Part shown: positions 45,488-54,463 of the stretch, in pieces
Layout of the letters: each line of letters begins with the position of its first letter
Numbering within the stretch: the first letter of the stretch is position 1
DNA from: a virus
Lineage: Duplodnaviria; Caudoviricetes
Length of the DNA: 54,463 nt
Virus record (IMG/VR): IMGVR_UViG_3300043568_000537
Coordinates: 1-54,463 of that record
Direction: 5' to 3' (one strand)
Made by a program: the position numbers and the translations under genes
Notes under the pieces: model-generated
The model's input: the letters and a program-made list of their open reading frames with translations, nothing else
What the model was told of the DNA's origin: nothing
Database searches by the model: none

Positions 45488-48400
45488 ATGTCATTAAGCA
45501 AGAAACCAACAGATGATAAAAAGCCCATTTCAAGCTCAAAGCTTGTTGGGTTGCTCACTCCAGGAAAGAAACCTTCTATAGAAGCAAAGACTCCTACGCT
45601 ACAGAATATTAGCGTAACAGGAAAGAGGATAGCTCCAAAGGATATACCTATCGCAATAAAATCAAGCACACAAGTTATTAAGCCTATAAAGGCTGAAGAA
45701 TATGTGCAAATAGATAAGACTAAAGAATTGGCGATGGATAACACCGTCAAGGCTATGGCAGAAGCTGAAGGTAATGCACCACCTCTCAAAGGTACAAGTC
45801 TACATAATCGCTATAAAGAACAGATTGACTTTGTAAATTCAACAGGAGAGAAGCTTTCTATACAGAAAGATGCGGAAGGGAATCCAATGTATGGTAGGCA
45901 AAAGGACTTTTGGGAGTCAGCTTCAACAGCTATATCTGCATTTAGAGAAAGCGTTGCCTCTGGCAAAACATACAAGGATTCAGATGATGAAACAAACAGA
46001 AGATACCTAGAGAATAAAAGATTTGCAAATACAAGAAAACCCGGCATCCCACAGTTTGAGAATATGGGGGGAGCTACTGCAGGTGGTCTATTTGATCCTA
46101 TAGTTGAAAGCGTTGTAATTGGCTTACCAACAGCTGCAGCAACGATGCTTGGCGTACCTGGAGCCACACAGGCAGGTGCAGCACTAACAGCAGGAACCGT
46201 TGGCTTTGACATGGCGATGTCTAAGTATGGCACAGCTCTTGAGGAAAATTACTTCATTGCAAGGGAGCAGGGGATGGGAGAGAAAGAAGCATATGACAGA
46301 GCAAAGACTGTAGCAGCTAAAGCAGCAGGCGTAGAGGGTCTTGTTCAGGTAGCATTTGCAGGAATGGGTGGACTTGGTCAGGCTCCAAAAGGATTGATGG
46401 GTGGAGTGGTAGCTCCAGCTGTTAAAGGTGCGATACAAGAACCCAAGAAAGAAGCATTAAAGACATTTGCTAGAGGATTTGGAGAGAACATGAGGCACGC
46501 ACTTGGTATAGGTGCAATCGTAGGTACTGGTCAAGCTGTTGTGGATAACGCATCTGAGCAAGAGGGTATACATATAGAAGGAAAAGAAGAAAGAGCTATA
46601 GAAGGTGGTGGTCATATGGTTGCCATGGACTTAGCTATCAAAGCGATAACTCGTGCTCCGGGTACAATATCTAAAAGTGCTAAGTCATTTGCTAAAGGTC
46701 TTTTGGCTTCTGATGAAAAGATAGCATCTGACTTTATTTCACAGATGGAAGCTGCTGGTCTGTATGAGCAAGGTACTAAGAAGGTAGTAATGAAAGAGGT
46801 TAAGAGTTTTAGCCAAGCGTCTAAGAAGACTCCTGACTTTATGGGTGATGGTGTTAAAAAAGGAATTGCTGCAGGTCTTATTGAAAAAAGAACAAAGCTA
46901 GAAGCCGAATTAAATAAATTAGATCCGGTATTCAGGGAGGAGAAACAGCTTGAGATAGATGATATTAACTCTAGGCTAAAACAACTAACATCTACAGATA
47001 AACCATTTAGCGTAGAAATAGAACTAGAAACTAAACCACAAGAAAATGCCACTACAGAAACCACGGGGAAAGTCCAAGAAGGCGGTGTCAGCGAATATCA
47101 GGGAGCTAATCAAGGCAAACAAGGAGAAACCACAGGGGAAACAACGACCGTTGAAACAAATACTGGCGATAGCGCTGTCATCGGTGCGGAAGAAAAAGGG
47201 AAGCTAATACTATCTCATGGAGGAGATGTAAAAATAGAAAGTTTTGACCAGTCCAAAATAAAAGGAGGAGCAAGGGCTGAACTTGGTCATGGATTCTACT
47301 TCTCTGAAGATGGTAAAAGTAAAGACTATGGTAAAGAGATGACGCAAATTGATGCCTCATCATTAAATATAGTAGATGAAAGAGATGCAGTTCCTAGTGA
47401 TTTAATACAGAGGCTTCGTGATTGGCAAAAAAGTTTACCAGAGTCTCCATTTGGCCTAGGTAAAAAAGAGATTGCTGATCACTATATAGGCGTAATGGAA
47501 AAAGAACTTAAAAAAAATCCATCTATGTCAATAGGTGAATTGAGGAGAAGTTCTTTATGGAATGTTCCAGCAGATAGGGATAATCTATGGTCAGAAATGA
47601 TGGTAGATGTAGGGATAGATGGTATGAAGGCTACGCAAGGAGATGGTAAAGGAGGTAGCTCAATACGTCAAGCAGTAATTTATCCTCAGCCAAAATTAGA
47701 TACATTAATAGTAAAAGAAACAGCTCCTAGTCTATCATTATCTGACAAGATTAGGAAGTTTAAAGTTGACCAATCTATATTAACTGGGGGTGATAAAGGA
47801 GCTATGCAATCTAATATTGCAGGTCTACCAATAGGAATATATAACGCATCCGTTGAGGCTATTGCACTTACAGTTGAGGCAGGTGAAACTATAGCTGCTG
47901 CAATAGAAAAACAGATAGAATCTCTAAAGAAAGGTGGTAGGGCTTTTGATGAAGATAAGTTCAGAAAGAGTATCATGCTTATTGATAAGGCTAATAGTAA
48001 CAAGGGCAGGATGGCTGCTGAAGCAGAAATGCAAGGTATTAAAGCTGCTGATTATACAGAACTTCAAAGATTTGCTCTTGAGAAGTATAACGAGAGTGAA
48101 GTCTTCAGGGATCCTGCAGAATTGGGTAAAAGACTTAGGACTGAATTAGATAAAAAGATGGATACATCTAAGATATCTGATGATGTATTTGAGATGATTG
48201 GATATGATGCTATCGTCAACGAGAAGCAGGCTCCATTCATGCCGGGTGCGCAAAAGCGTGCAACTGTACCCGTGTCTGAATTTAGGGCAGAACAGATACT
48301 TACAAATCCGAGAGAAGTATTTAAGGCAATGTATACAGCTGCTACTACACAGGCTAAGTCTACAGCAGAAAGATTGAACTTATCAGCAACTGCAATATCT

Positions 48401-51400
48401 GACGCTATATTCAATGAGAAAGGAGAAAGAGTAAATCCAAAGGTTATAGCGAAAGCTATAAAGATGTTCGTTACATCTAAGATGGATACTGAAACAGCTG
48501 CTGTAGAGTTTGCTGCAAACATAAAAGAGATAAAAAGACTGTCTGTAAATAACAGAAAGTTCGGGGAAATAAGAGCAAAGATTAGGGAAATAAAGAGTGC
48601 ATCAAAGGATAAGAGGTTTTCAACAATAGCTACTAGGGAAACTACTGCAGACATAGACTTCATGGCTCCTTCAAAAGTAAAGGACTACGATGTTGATGCA
48701 AATGGCAATATTATTGAATTAGATACAGATAACAGGCTTAATGAATATATTGAATTACTAGAAGAGTATAGGAAGTCAATAACTGGTGAAATACCAAACG
48801 GGCATAAGACTAGACCAAAGTTTATAGACTTTGTCAATGACCAAAGGGATAAGTATGATGCGATGCAGGTCAGGAAGATGGAGCTCAGAAAAGCAGAGTT
48901 TGAAGGAATATACGACAGAAAAATACAGGACGGCAAGATTAAGGTAGACGAAAATGGTGTACCAGAAATCAGCAAGGAGGATTTTGTAGAAGCTCGTATG
49001 AATCCAGAAAGCGAGGTTGCTAAAAAAACAGACTTTGAATTGATAGATGATTCAGAGGCTGAAGTAATGAGAGAGATGACAGACGTTAGGCAAGAAATGC
49101 TTAAAGAGTCTATAGATAATAATGAGATAGATGCTGACATCGTAGAAGATGCAAAGCTTATAGCTGGGATTGATGCTAAAAAGATATCACCAAAGAACAT
49201 ACAGCTATTCAATAATATCATTGAGGATGTTCTAAACGGAGAATCACCATCAAGGATGGGTGAAATCGTTTCAGATATAGAATTATTTAACAATACAGAA
49301 AGTCTTATTGGGACCCCTGCTACGGTAAGGGATATGGCAAAGTATCAAAAGGCTGGAATTAGTACTAGAGTTAAAATGGCGTTTGGATATAAGCCAGGAG
49401 TTAAAGCGTATGAGGAACTTGGATTCTCTAACCTATTTAAACTGTTATTCACAAATCCAGATGCCGCTGACAAAGCAAGGTCTATTGTTTGGTTTCCATT
49501 TGAGCAAGCCAATCTAAAAGTAAATAATATGGCTAGGGACTTTGCACAGAACTTGTCCGATGCATTTAGTTCAAAGTCAGTTGTTGTGACAGACGTTAAT
49601 GGCGTTAAAACAAAAGTAAAATTTACAGCAAAGCCTCTAACTGTATCTAATAGCTATAGAATAGGTGTAGCTAGTACACTAGCTCAGTTTGAAGATATAG
49701 GCAGGCAGATACAAACTATAGTAGAAACAACAAAAGCTCTGTCTGAAAAGTCTTATCAAAATAGTAATAGATTAGATGACTACTTGGATAATACCGTAAT
49801 GGCGCTACAAAGCCTAGGGATAATAAGGGGCCATGTAAAAGATAATAGAGGAGTATATATTGACTTAGAGATAAATCCCGATATTACAATGTCTGAAATA
49901 TCTACTAAGCTAAATGATAGGGAAGTATTTTCTATTGGACTTATGAAAAAAGGATTTAAGGATGTAGCTCCGGATCTTGATAGAACAATGCGTCAATATT
50001 ATGGCACTGCAATTGATATGAGCAATGAGAATTATATACCACTATCTCCAAAGGTATTCGGGGAAGCTCCTGAAGTGCTTGTTGAAGGTCAGATTGATGA
50101 AGGGATTCCATCTCATATTAGTGTAATGCGGTCTTCTACTACAATGAATAGGCAAAACAATCTATCAAGTGTAGTTAAAAAGAATGGTAAAGAGGCAATA
50201 CTATTTTACAACTTTGACGTAGCTACAGAAGTTCCAATAAGATTCCATGAAACCCTTAATACTACATATACAACTGCTCCTGTAAAGACAATGAGCAAAA
50301 CTATTAATAGTAAGGGATTTCTTGAGTTTATATCAGGAAAGTACAATCAAACGCCAACAGAATTTGTTGACAATAAGATATATTTTAATAGGCAGATAGC
50401 AGATGTTGTAAACATGGATAGGAAGCCTTTCGTTTTAAATAAACAAATGCAGGCACAGAATAATAGGTTGGTTAGATTCTTTATGGGAAGAATGCTAAAC
50501 TCTATAAGTGCAGGAGTTAAGCAGTATGTTCCATCTATACCAGCACTAGCAATGCATGGAGGAATCGAGCCATTTGGAATATCATATCAACTGTTAGCTG
50601 GTAAAAGAATACTAGATCCAAAAACTTCCGAATTACTGAAACAGTTTTACAGTAAAACTAATAGTTCAAATAGGATTACAGCAAGTATAGAAGCTCTTCA
50701 GCAAAAGTCAAAGAGCATAAATAATAACAAGTATATTAGAGGTGCTATAAATAAAATAGACTTCGTAGAAAAAATAGCAGGCCTATCTCTTGACCTAGGA
50801 GACCAAGCTACTACAATGCAGGCCCTAATGATTGGGTACATTAAAGGGCTCAAAATATCTGGGAAAATAACCAAGTATTCTGAATTTAATTTAGAAACAG
50901 AATTAAGCAGAGGTATTGACCCATTGGCAATGTCTCATGCAGAGCAGTTCCTTGCTTTTATAAATAATGAATCTACTTCTTCAAAAAAGGCTAAAGTATT
51001 TAGGCAAGATAATGCATTGGTCACAAGGCTTCTTCAATCGTTTTCTCATAATCAGAATGTAAATGCATTGATAGACTTTGGTATAGTTCAAGACCATTTA
51101 TCTGGTAAGGCTTCCGCAGACGACGCTAGAAAGGCAGTAGGAGGCCTAGTAATGTACCTAACAAACATAGGTGCATACGGTCTTACAATGTATGGACTTG
51201 GTTATACAAACTATAAGGTAGCCAAAATGTCTCTTGGTCTAGCAGGTGTAAATCTTCATAAAGATGAAGAAAAGCAGGAGCAAAATGTTGACAGAGACGC
51301 AACAAGAATAGGATTAGGTTCAATGGCTGATATGATTACCGGTAGAATACCGATACAGTATTCTACGCCTATTAAGTTCGGTTTAGGAATGACGTATGAC

Positions 51401-52321
51401 CTGTATAAAAAGAATGTGGCAGAGAAGGAAAAAGTAATGGGTAAGGATATTACAGGAACTATATATGATGACAATTATGAGCCAATATTAATGAATGACT
51501 ATGGTGGAGTAACAGGCTCTTTCCTTCAAGACGTTGGGATGATGTACGGAACACTCACTAGTGATAAAGATAGGTATATTGGACTTATAGAAGACCAAAA
51601 GAATGCAATGTACACATCTGAGAACATAAAAAGGTTTAGCTTGCTTCTTCCGTTTAAAGACTTCAGTAAAGCTGCAAATAATTATCAAAAGGTTATAAAA
51701 GACCATCAGATCACACAGATAGATACGGATGGCGAGCACTATATCAGAACTGCTACATACCAAAGAGATAAGCAGTTAGCCCTAAACTGGTATACTCAAG
51801 AAGAGATAGATGAGTCAATGAATTATATGAGGTATAAGTCAGAAACGAACAAGGATTTCAAAAACTACGTTTCTGCTACTGTTGTTCCACATGCAAGCAA
51901 AATGATGGATGACTTTATGATGAATACTTCATCTCAGATATTTGGTGTTGAGACCGCTAAAATTTTAAAGAATATCAGTAAGAAAAACGGAAATGATGTC
52001 GTTAAAATACTTAACAATAGATATGCTAATAAGGACATTACTGACGAGGAAGTGAAGTTTATGATTATGAATGGAGTCATCACCCCTGAGGAATATGCTG
52101 TATCTATAGCTTATGATAAGAATGGAGAGCTCAGAATAGACGCTAGTGATGAGCAAATCACAGCTCAGGTAATGAAAAGGCAGGTGGATGCTGAAGTTTT
52201 GAGGAAGTTTGTAAGGTGGGGTAAAGGAGAAGCTTACCCCAAGATAACTCCACAGAATATCATGCAGGCATACCAAAACTTCTCATCAAAGAGATACCAA
52301 GAAAGAGAGAGGAAGAAATAG
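45488..52321 (+). CDS. Large polyvalent ejection protein with an ART-like domain
   Basis: 2277 aa; Gly/Ala-rich membrane-like N-region; SHGG..FDQSKI..GHGFYFS..DGMKA..AVIY domain at about 47200-47700. Confidence 0.7.
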   Translation: MSLSKKPTDDKKPISSSKLVGLLTPGKKPSIEAKTPTLQNISVTGKRIAPKDIPIAIKSSTQVIKPIKAEEYVQIDKTKELAMDNTVKAMAEAEGNAPPLKGTSLHNRYKEQIDFVNSTGEKLSIQKDAEGNPMYGRQKDFWESASTAISAFRESVASGKTYKDSDDETNRRYLENKRFANTRKPGIPQFENMGGATAGGLFDPIVESVVIGLPTAAATMLGVPGATQAGAALTAGTVGFDMAMSKYGTALEENYFIAREQGMGEKEAYDRAKTVAAKAAGVEGLVQVAFAGMGGLGQAPKGLMGGVVAPAVKGAIQEPKKEALKTFARGFGENMRHALGIGAIVGTGQAVVDNASEQEGIHIEGKEERAIEGGGHMVAMDLAIKAITRAPGTISKSAKSFAKGLLASDEKIASDFISQMEAAGLYEQGTKKVVMKEVKSFSQASKKTPDFMGDGVKKGIAAGLIEKRTKLEAELNKLDPVFREEKQLEIDDINSRLKQLTSTDKPFSVEIELETKPQENATTETTGKVQEGGVSEYQGANQGKQGETTGETTTVETNTGDSAVIGAEEKGKLILSHGGDVKIESFDQSKIKGGARAELGHGFYFSEDGKSKDYGKEMTQIDASSLNIVDERDAVPSDLIQRLRDWQKSLPESPFGLGKKEIADHYIGVMEKELKKNPSMSIGELRRSSLWNVPADRDNLWSEMMVDVGIDGMKATQGDGKGGSSIRQAVIYPQPKLDTLIVKETAPSLSLSDKIRKFKVDQSILTGGDKGAMQSNIAGLPIGIYNASVEAIALTVEAGETIAAAIEKQIESLKKGGRAFDEDKFRKSIMLIDKANSNKGRMAAEAEMQGIKAADYTELQRFALEKYNESEVFRDPAELGKRLRTELDKKMDTSKISDDVFEMIGYDAIVNEKQAPFMPGAQKRATVPVSEFRAEQILTNPREVFKAMYTAATTQAKSTAERLNLSATAISDAIFNEKGERVNPKVIAKAIKMFVTSKMDTETAAVEFAANIKEIKRLSVNNRKFGEIRAKIREIKSASKDKRFSTIATRETTADIDFMAPSKVKDYDVDANGNIIELDTDNRLNEYIELLEEYRKSITGEIPNGHKTRPKFIDFVNDQRDKYDAMQVRKMELRKAEFEGIYDRKIQDGKIKVDENGVPEISKEDFVEARMNPESEVAKKTDFELIDDSEAEVMREMTDVRQEMLKESIDNNEIDADIVEDAKLIAGIDAKKISPKNIQLFNNIIEDVLNGESPSRMGEIVSDIELFNNTESLIGTPATVRDMAKYQKAGISTRVKMAFGYKPGVKAYEELGFSNLFKLLFTNPDAADKARSIVWFPFEQANLKVNNMARDFAQNLSDAFSSKSVVVTDVNGVKTKVKFTAKPLTVSNSYRIGVASTLAQFEDIGRQIQTIVETTKALSEKSYQNSNRLDDYLDNTVMALQSLGIIRGHVKDNRGVYIDLEINPDITMSEISTKLNDREVFSIGLMKKGFKDVAPDLDRTMRQYYGTAIDMSNENYIPLSPKVFGEAPEVLVEGQIDEGIPSHISVMRSSTTMNRQNNLSSVVKKNGKEAILFYNFDVATEVPIRFHETLNTTYTTAPVKTMSKTINSKGFLEFISGKYNQTPTEFVDNKIYFNRQIADVVNMDRKPFVLNKQMQAQNNRLVRFFMGRMLNSISAGVKQYVPSIPALAMHGGIEPFGISYQLLAGKRILDPKTSELLKQFYSKTNSSNRITASIEALQQKSKSINNNKYIRGAINKIDFVEKIAGLSLDLGDQATTMQALMIGYIKGLKISGKITKYSEFNLETELSRGIDPLAMSHAEQFLAFINNESTSSKKAKVFRQDNALVTRLLQSFSHNQNVNALIDFGIVQDHLSGKASADDARKAVGGLVMYLTNIGAYGLTMYGLGYTNYKVAKMSLGLAGVNLHKDEEKQEQNVDRDATRIGLGSMADMITGRIPIQYSTPIKFGLGMTYDLYKKNVAEKEKVMGKDITGTIYDDNYEPILMNDYGGVTGSFLQDVGMMYGTLTSDKDRYIGLIEDQKNAMYTSENIKRFSLLLPFKDFSKAANNYQKVIKDHQITQIDTDGEHYIRTATYQRDKQLALNWYTQEEIDESMNYMRYKSETNKDFKNYVSATVVPHASKMMDDFMMNTSSQIFGVETAKILKNISKKNGNDVVKILNNRYANKDITDEEVKFMIMNGVITPEEYAVSIAYDKNGELRIDASDEQITAQVMKRQVDAEVLRKFVRWGKGEAYPKITPQNIMQAYQNFSSKRYQERERKK

Positions 52322-52356
52322 AGGGTTTTTGGGTATATTTGTAGAAATAAACTACT

Positions 52357-52887
52357 ATGCCTTTCTTATCAGCATTCACAGTAACACAGGGAGCAGACTG
52401 CAGCCAGTTTACAGTAAACGACACCTCGGACTATACGGTTGAGGGTACAGGTACTTTTACAGCTAGGAGGCTTACCATACAGAAATCTGACGGATCATAC
52501 CTTACAGTTGGGGCAACTACGTATAATAACTATGTTTGGCCGTTTGTTGCAGGAAACTCTATAATATTTACAGGCAACGCAGTAGATTTCTCTTTAACTG
52601 TAACACTTGCTCATACGTCTTCAGCTGCACAGCCCGGAAGCGTATACACTAAGACATCAGTAGCTCCATTGGTTTGTTACACACTTAGTGGATTTTATAC
52701 CTTTGCCTATAAAATGGCAGTAAATCCATCTCTTGAAAAGAACTACAAATACGTAAAGGATGTAATGAGGCTTTTTATAGAGCAAGAGTCCGCCAAGAAA
52801 GCGGCTATTGACGGTAATTCCCCATCATCACAAGCGTGCTTAGATAGAGCTAAATACATAATAGACAACCTAACACTAGGATACTAA
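52357..52887 (+). CDS. Tail-fibre attachment/hub-like structural protein
   Basis: Beta-rich N-terminal half and helical C-terminal half; own TATATTTG box at 52334-52341. Confidence 0.55.
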   Translation: MPFLSAFTVTQGADCSQFTVNDTSDYTVEGTGTFTARRLTIQKSDGSYLTVGATTYNNYVWPFVAGNSIIFTGNAVDFSLTVTLAHTSSAAQPGSVYTKTSVAPLVCYTLSGFYTFAYKMAVNPSLEKNYKYVKDVMRLFIEQESAKKAAIDGNSPSSQACLDRAKYIIDNLTLGY

Positions 52888-52888
52888 A

Positions 52889-54463
52889 ATGGCATACACT
52901 TTACCACAAATATCTGATATACTTCTCAAGTCCGACAGAACAATGTATAGGCTTGGTAGTATAGCATATGAAAATATGTTCTCTGAGGATAGCGAAGACG
53001 TTGATTATGAAAGAGATATAATCTACATATATAAGGTAGCTGTTGAGTATGCAGATAACTTCTATGTAGGAACAGATAAGCTAGATACTGTTGTGGAAAA
53101 ACTTGCAGCTAAGATAGCTGTATACGACTTTGGTCAACTTACTCCAATTTATAGTGATGCTACTATAGTTACTCAATCAGTTCCTGTAGGTGCAGCACTT
53201 GACGACTTGAGTGACGTAACGATAACAAACGTACAGAACAATCAGACGCTTAGGTACAGCTCATCATTGGGTCAGTGGATAAACGTAGGTCCTGGGGCAG
53301 CTGTGAGGAACAGGCAACAGTTTACGGCCACACTAAACCAAACGGTTTTTGTAACAACATTTCCGTTTGAGTCAGGACTTCTTGACGTGTACCTTAACGG
53401 CGTCAAGCTGTCTCCTCCTAGCTACACAACATTTGGGAACTATACCATAACACTCGCTGACGGGTCACTTGTAGACGACATTGTTGAGGTTATTGCGTAC
53501 GATCCAGCAACTTCATTTATAGACCTTTCTGGATACGTTCCAACCTCAAGGACGCTTACAATTAACGGAGTTACGTATGATCTTAGCGCCAACAGGACAT
53601 GGACCATTGACGCGCTTCCTTCTCAGGCAGGAAACACAGGAAAGTACTTGACTACAGATGGAGTGGTTGCTTCTTGGGGTGCTATTAACCTAAGCGGTTA
53701 CGTTCCGTACACTGGCGCAACTGCAAATGTTGATCTTGGTGGCTTTTCTATTAAGCCATCAATGGTACAAATTACAGGCATCAATAGTGGTGGAACGGGT
53801 GGTGTTCTTAATATAAAGAAAGGAAACACAAGGGTAATTGGTGGTGATGATGCTGCTAATAATATTAGTCTTTGGGCAGAAACGGCTGCATTTGGTTTTA
53901 ACGATTGGGTTAGTGGAAATTTAAGGAATGCTAAATTTTCATTGTTAAGCATTACAAATAATGCTACAAGAACATACACCTTGCCAAATCTTGATGGAAC
54001 GTTGGCATTGTTGAGTGATATTACACCTGGTCTTACATCTGTTGGTCTTTCCATGCCTTCGGCATTTGCGGTCAGCAATTCGCCTCTAACAAGCAATGGA
54101 ACAATAGCGGTAACGGGTGCAGGTACGGCATCTCAATATATTCGTGGAGATGGTCAATTAGCAACCTTACCAAGTGGTTCAAGTGGAGGAAGTTCGGTAG
54201 CGTATTACCTTAATGGTAGTGTTGCTGCAAGTGTTGCAGGATATCAGCAGATGGCAAATAGTGCTGTCATTGGTGCAGGAACAGACTTTGCTTTAGTGGG
54301 TAATGGATTGATTGCACAGTTCTTAACTGATGTAGCAAATCCAAATAGATTAGAAATACCTGCTGGTGCTTGGAATTTTGAGATGTATTTTAGTGCATCA
54401 TCATCGGGGGGAACTCCTGCATTCTATGTTGAATTACTAAAATATGACGGTACAACTTTTACT
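52889..54463 (+). CDS. Tail fibre protein, truncated by the window end (not in ORF track)
   Basis: ATG at 52889, open to the end; LDDLSDVTIT, DVYLNGVKL, YVPTSRTLTINGVTYDLSANRTWT, GKYLTTDG, YVPYTGATANVDLG and TYTLPNLDGTLALLSD fibre modules. Confidence 0.85.
   Translation, partial: MAYTLPQISDILLKSDRTMYRLGSIAYENMFSEDSEDVDYERDIIYIYKVAVEYADNFYVGTDKLDTVVEKLAAKIAVYDFGQLTPIYSDATIVTQSVPVGAALDDLSDVTITNVQNNQTLRYSSSLGQWINVGPGAAVRNRQQFTATLNQTVFVTTFPFESGLLDVYLNGVKLSPPSYTTFGNYTITLADGSLVDDIVEVIAYDPATSFIDLSGYVPTSRTLTINGVTYDLSANRTWTIDALPSQAGNTGKYLTTDGVVASWGAINLSGYVPYTGATANVDLGGFSIKPSMVQITGINSGGTGGVLNIKKGNTRVIGGDDAANNISLWAETAAFGFNDWVSGNLRNAKFSLLSITNNATRTYTLPNLDGTLALLSDITPGLTSVGLSMPSAFAVSNSPLTSNGTIAVTGAGTASQYIRGDGQLATLPSGSSGGSSVAYYLNGSVAASVAGYQQMANSAVIGAGTDFALVGNGLIAQFLTDVANPNRLEIPAGAWNFEMYFSASSSGGTPAFYVELLKYDGTTFT

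Noticed and set aside
46540-46548. Perfect DnaA box TGTGGATAA
   Set aside because: Single copy inside a coding region, consistent with chance.
48683-48697. DYDVD in the 2277-aa protein as a virion RNA polymerase catalytic motif
   Set aside because: It lacks the surrounding context of two-barrel polymerases, lies in a helical charged region, and late genes show host-type promoter boxes.
45475-52276. Many long minus-strand ORFs opposite the giant protein
   Set aside because: Ser/Leu/Phe-rich antisense shadows of a codon-biased gene.
1-54463. Stop-codon reassignment as in some crAss-like phages
   Set aside because: Long genes are intact in the standard code, TAA, TAG and TGA all end genes, and no suppressor tRNA is seen.

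Overview
This window holds most of the genome of a podovirus-type tailed dsDNA phage with a Crassvirales/phi14:2-like structural gene order. The host is very likely Bacteroidota, judged from TAnnTTTG/TTTG promoters, A-rich starts without Shine-Dalgarno sites and a Gln after a signal peptide. Layout: lysis module (1-2.9 kb, +); a long leftward early/middle block (2.9-23.2 kb, -) with a metallophosphoesterase, primase-helicase, SSB, RecE-like exonuclease, Rad52/Sak recombinase, C5 methyltransferase, dNMP kinase, two DnaA-domain-IV-like proteins, an M28 peptidase with a partner gene and many small ORFs; a roughly 2 kb mostly non-coding divergence zone (21.95-24.07 kb); then a rightward late block with a RepL-like protein, small basic proteins, a GroES-like protein, terminase, portal, scaffold, capsid, ring and muzzle proteins, three ejection proteins (including a 2277-aa polyvalent protein) and a truncated tail fibre. 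No integrase, DNA polymerase or convincing RNA polymerase is visible, and the standard genetic code reads cleanly. The best candidate for an undescribed system is the first leftward transcription unit: promoter, structured leader with two boxA-like sites, a basic 130-aa protein, a terminator, about 750 nt of densely structured non-coding sequence, and a minimal tRNA-like element (acceptor stem plus T-arm, no anticodon) at its 3' end. Also notable are a kissing-loop small RNA at 12.2 kb, an inverted DnaA-box pair on a phage promoter, and repeated apparent leaderless late mRNAs. All functional calls come from motif recognition by eye; no searches or folding programs were run.
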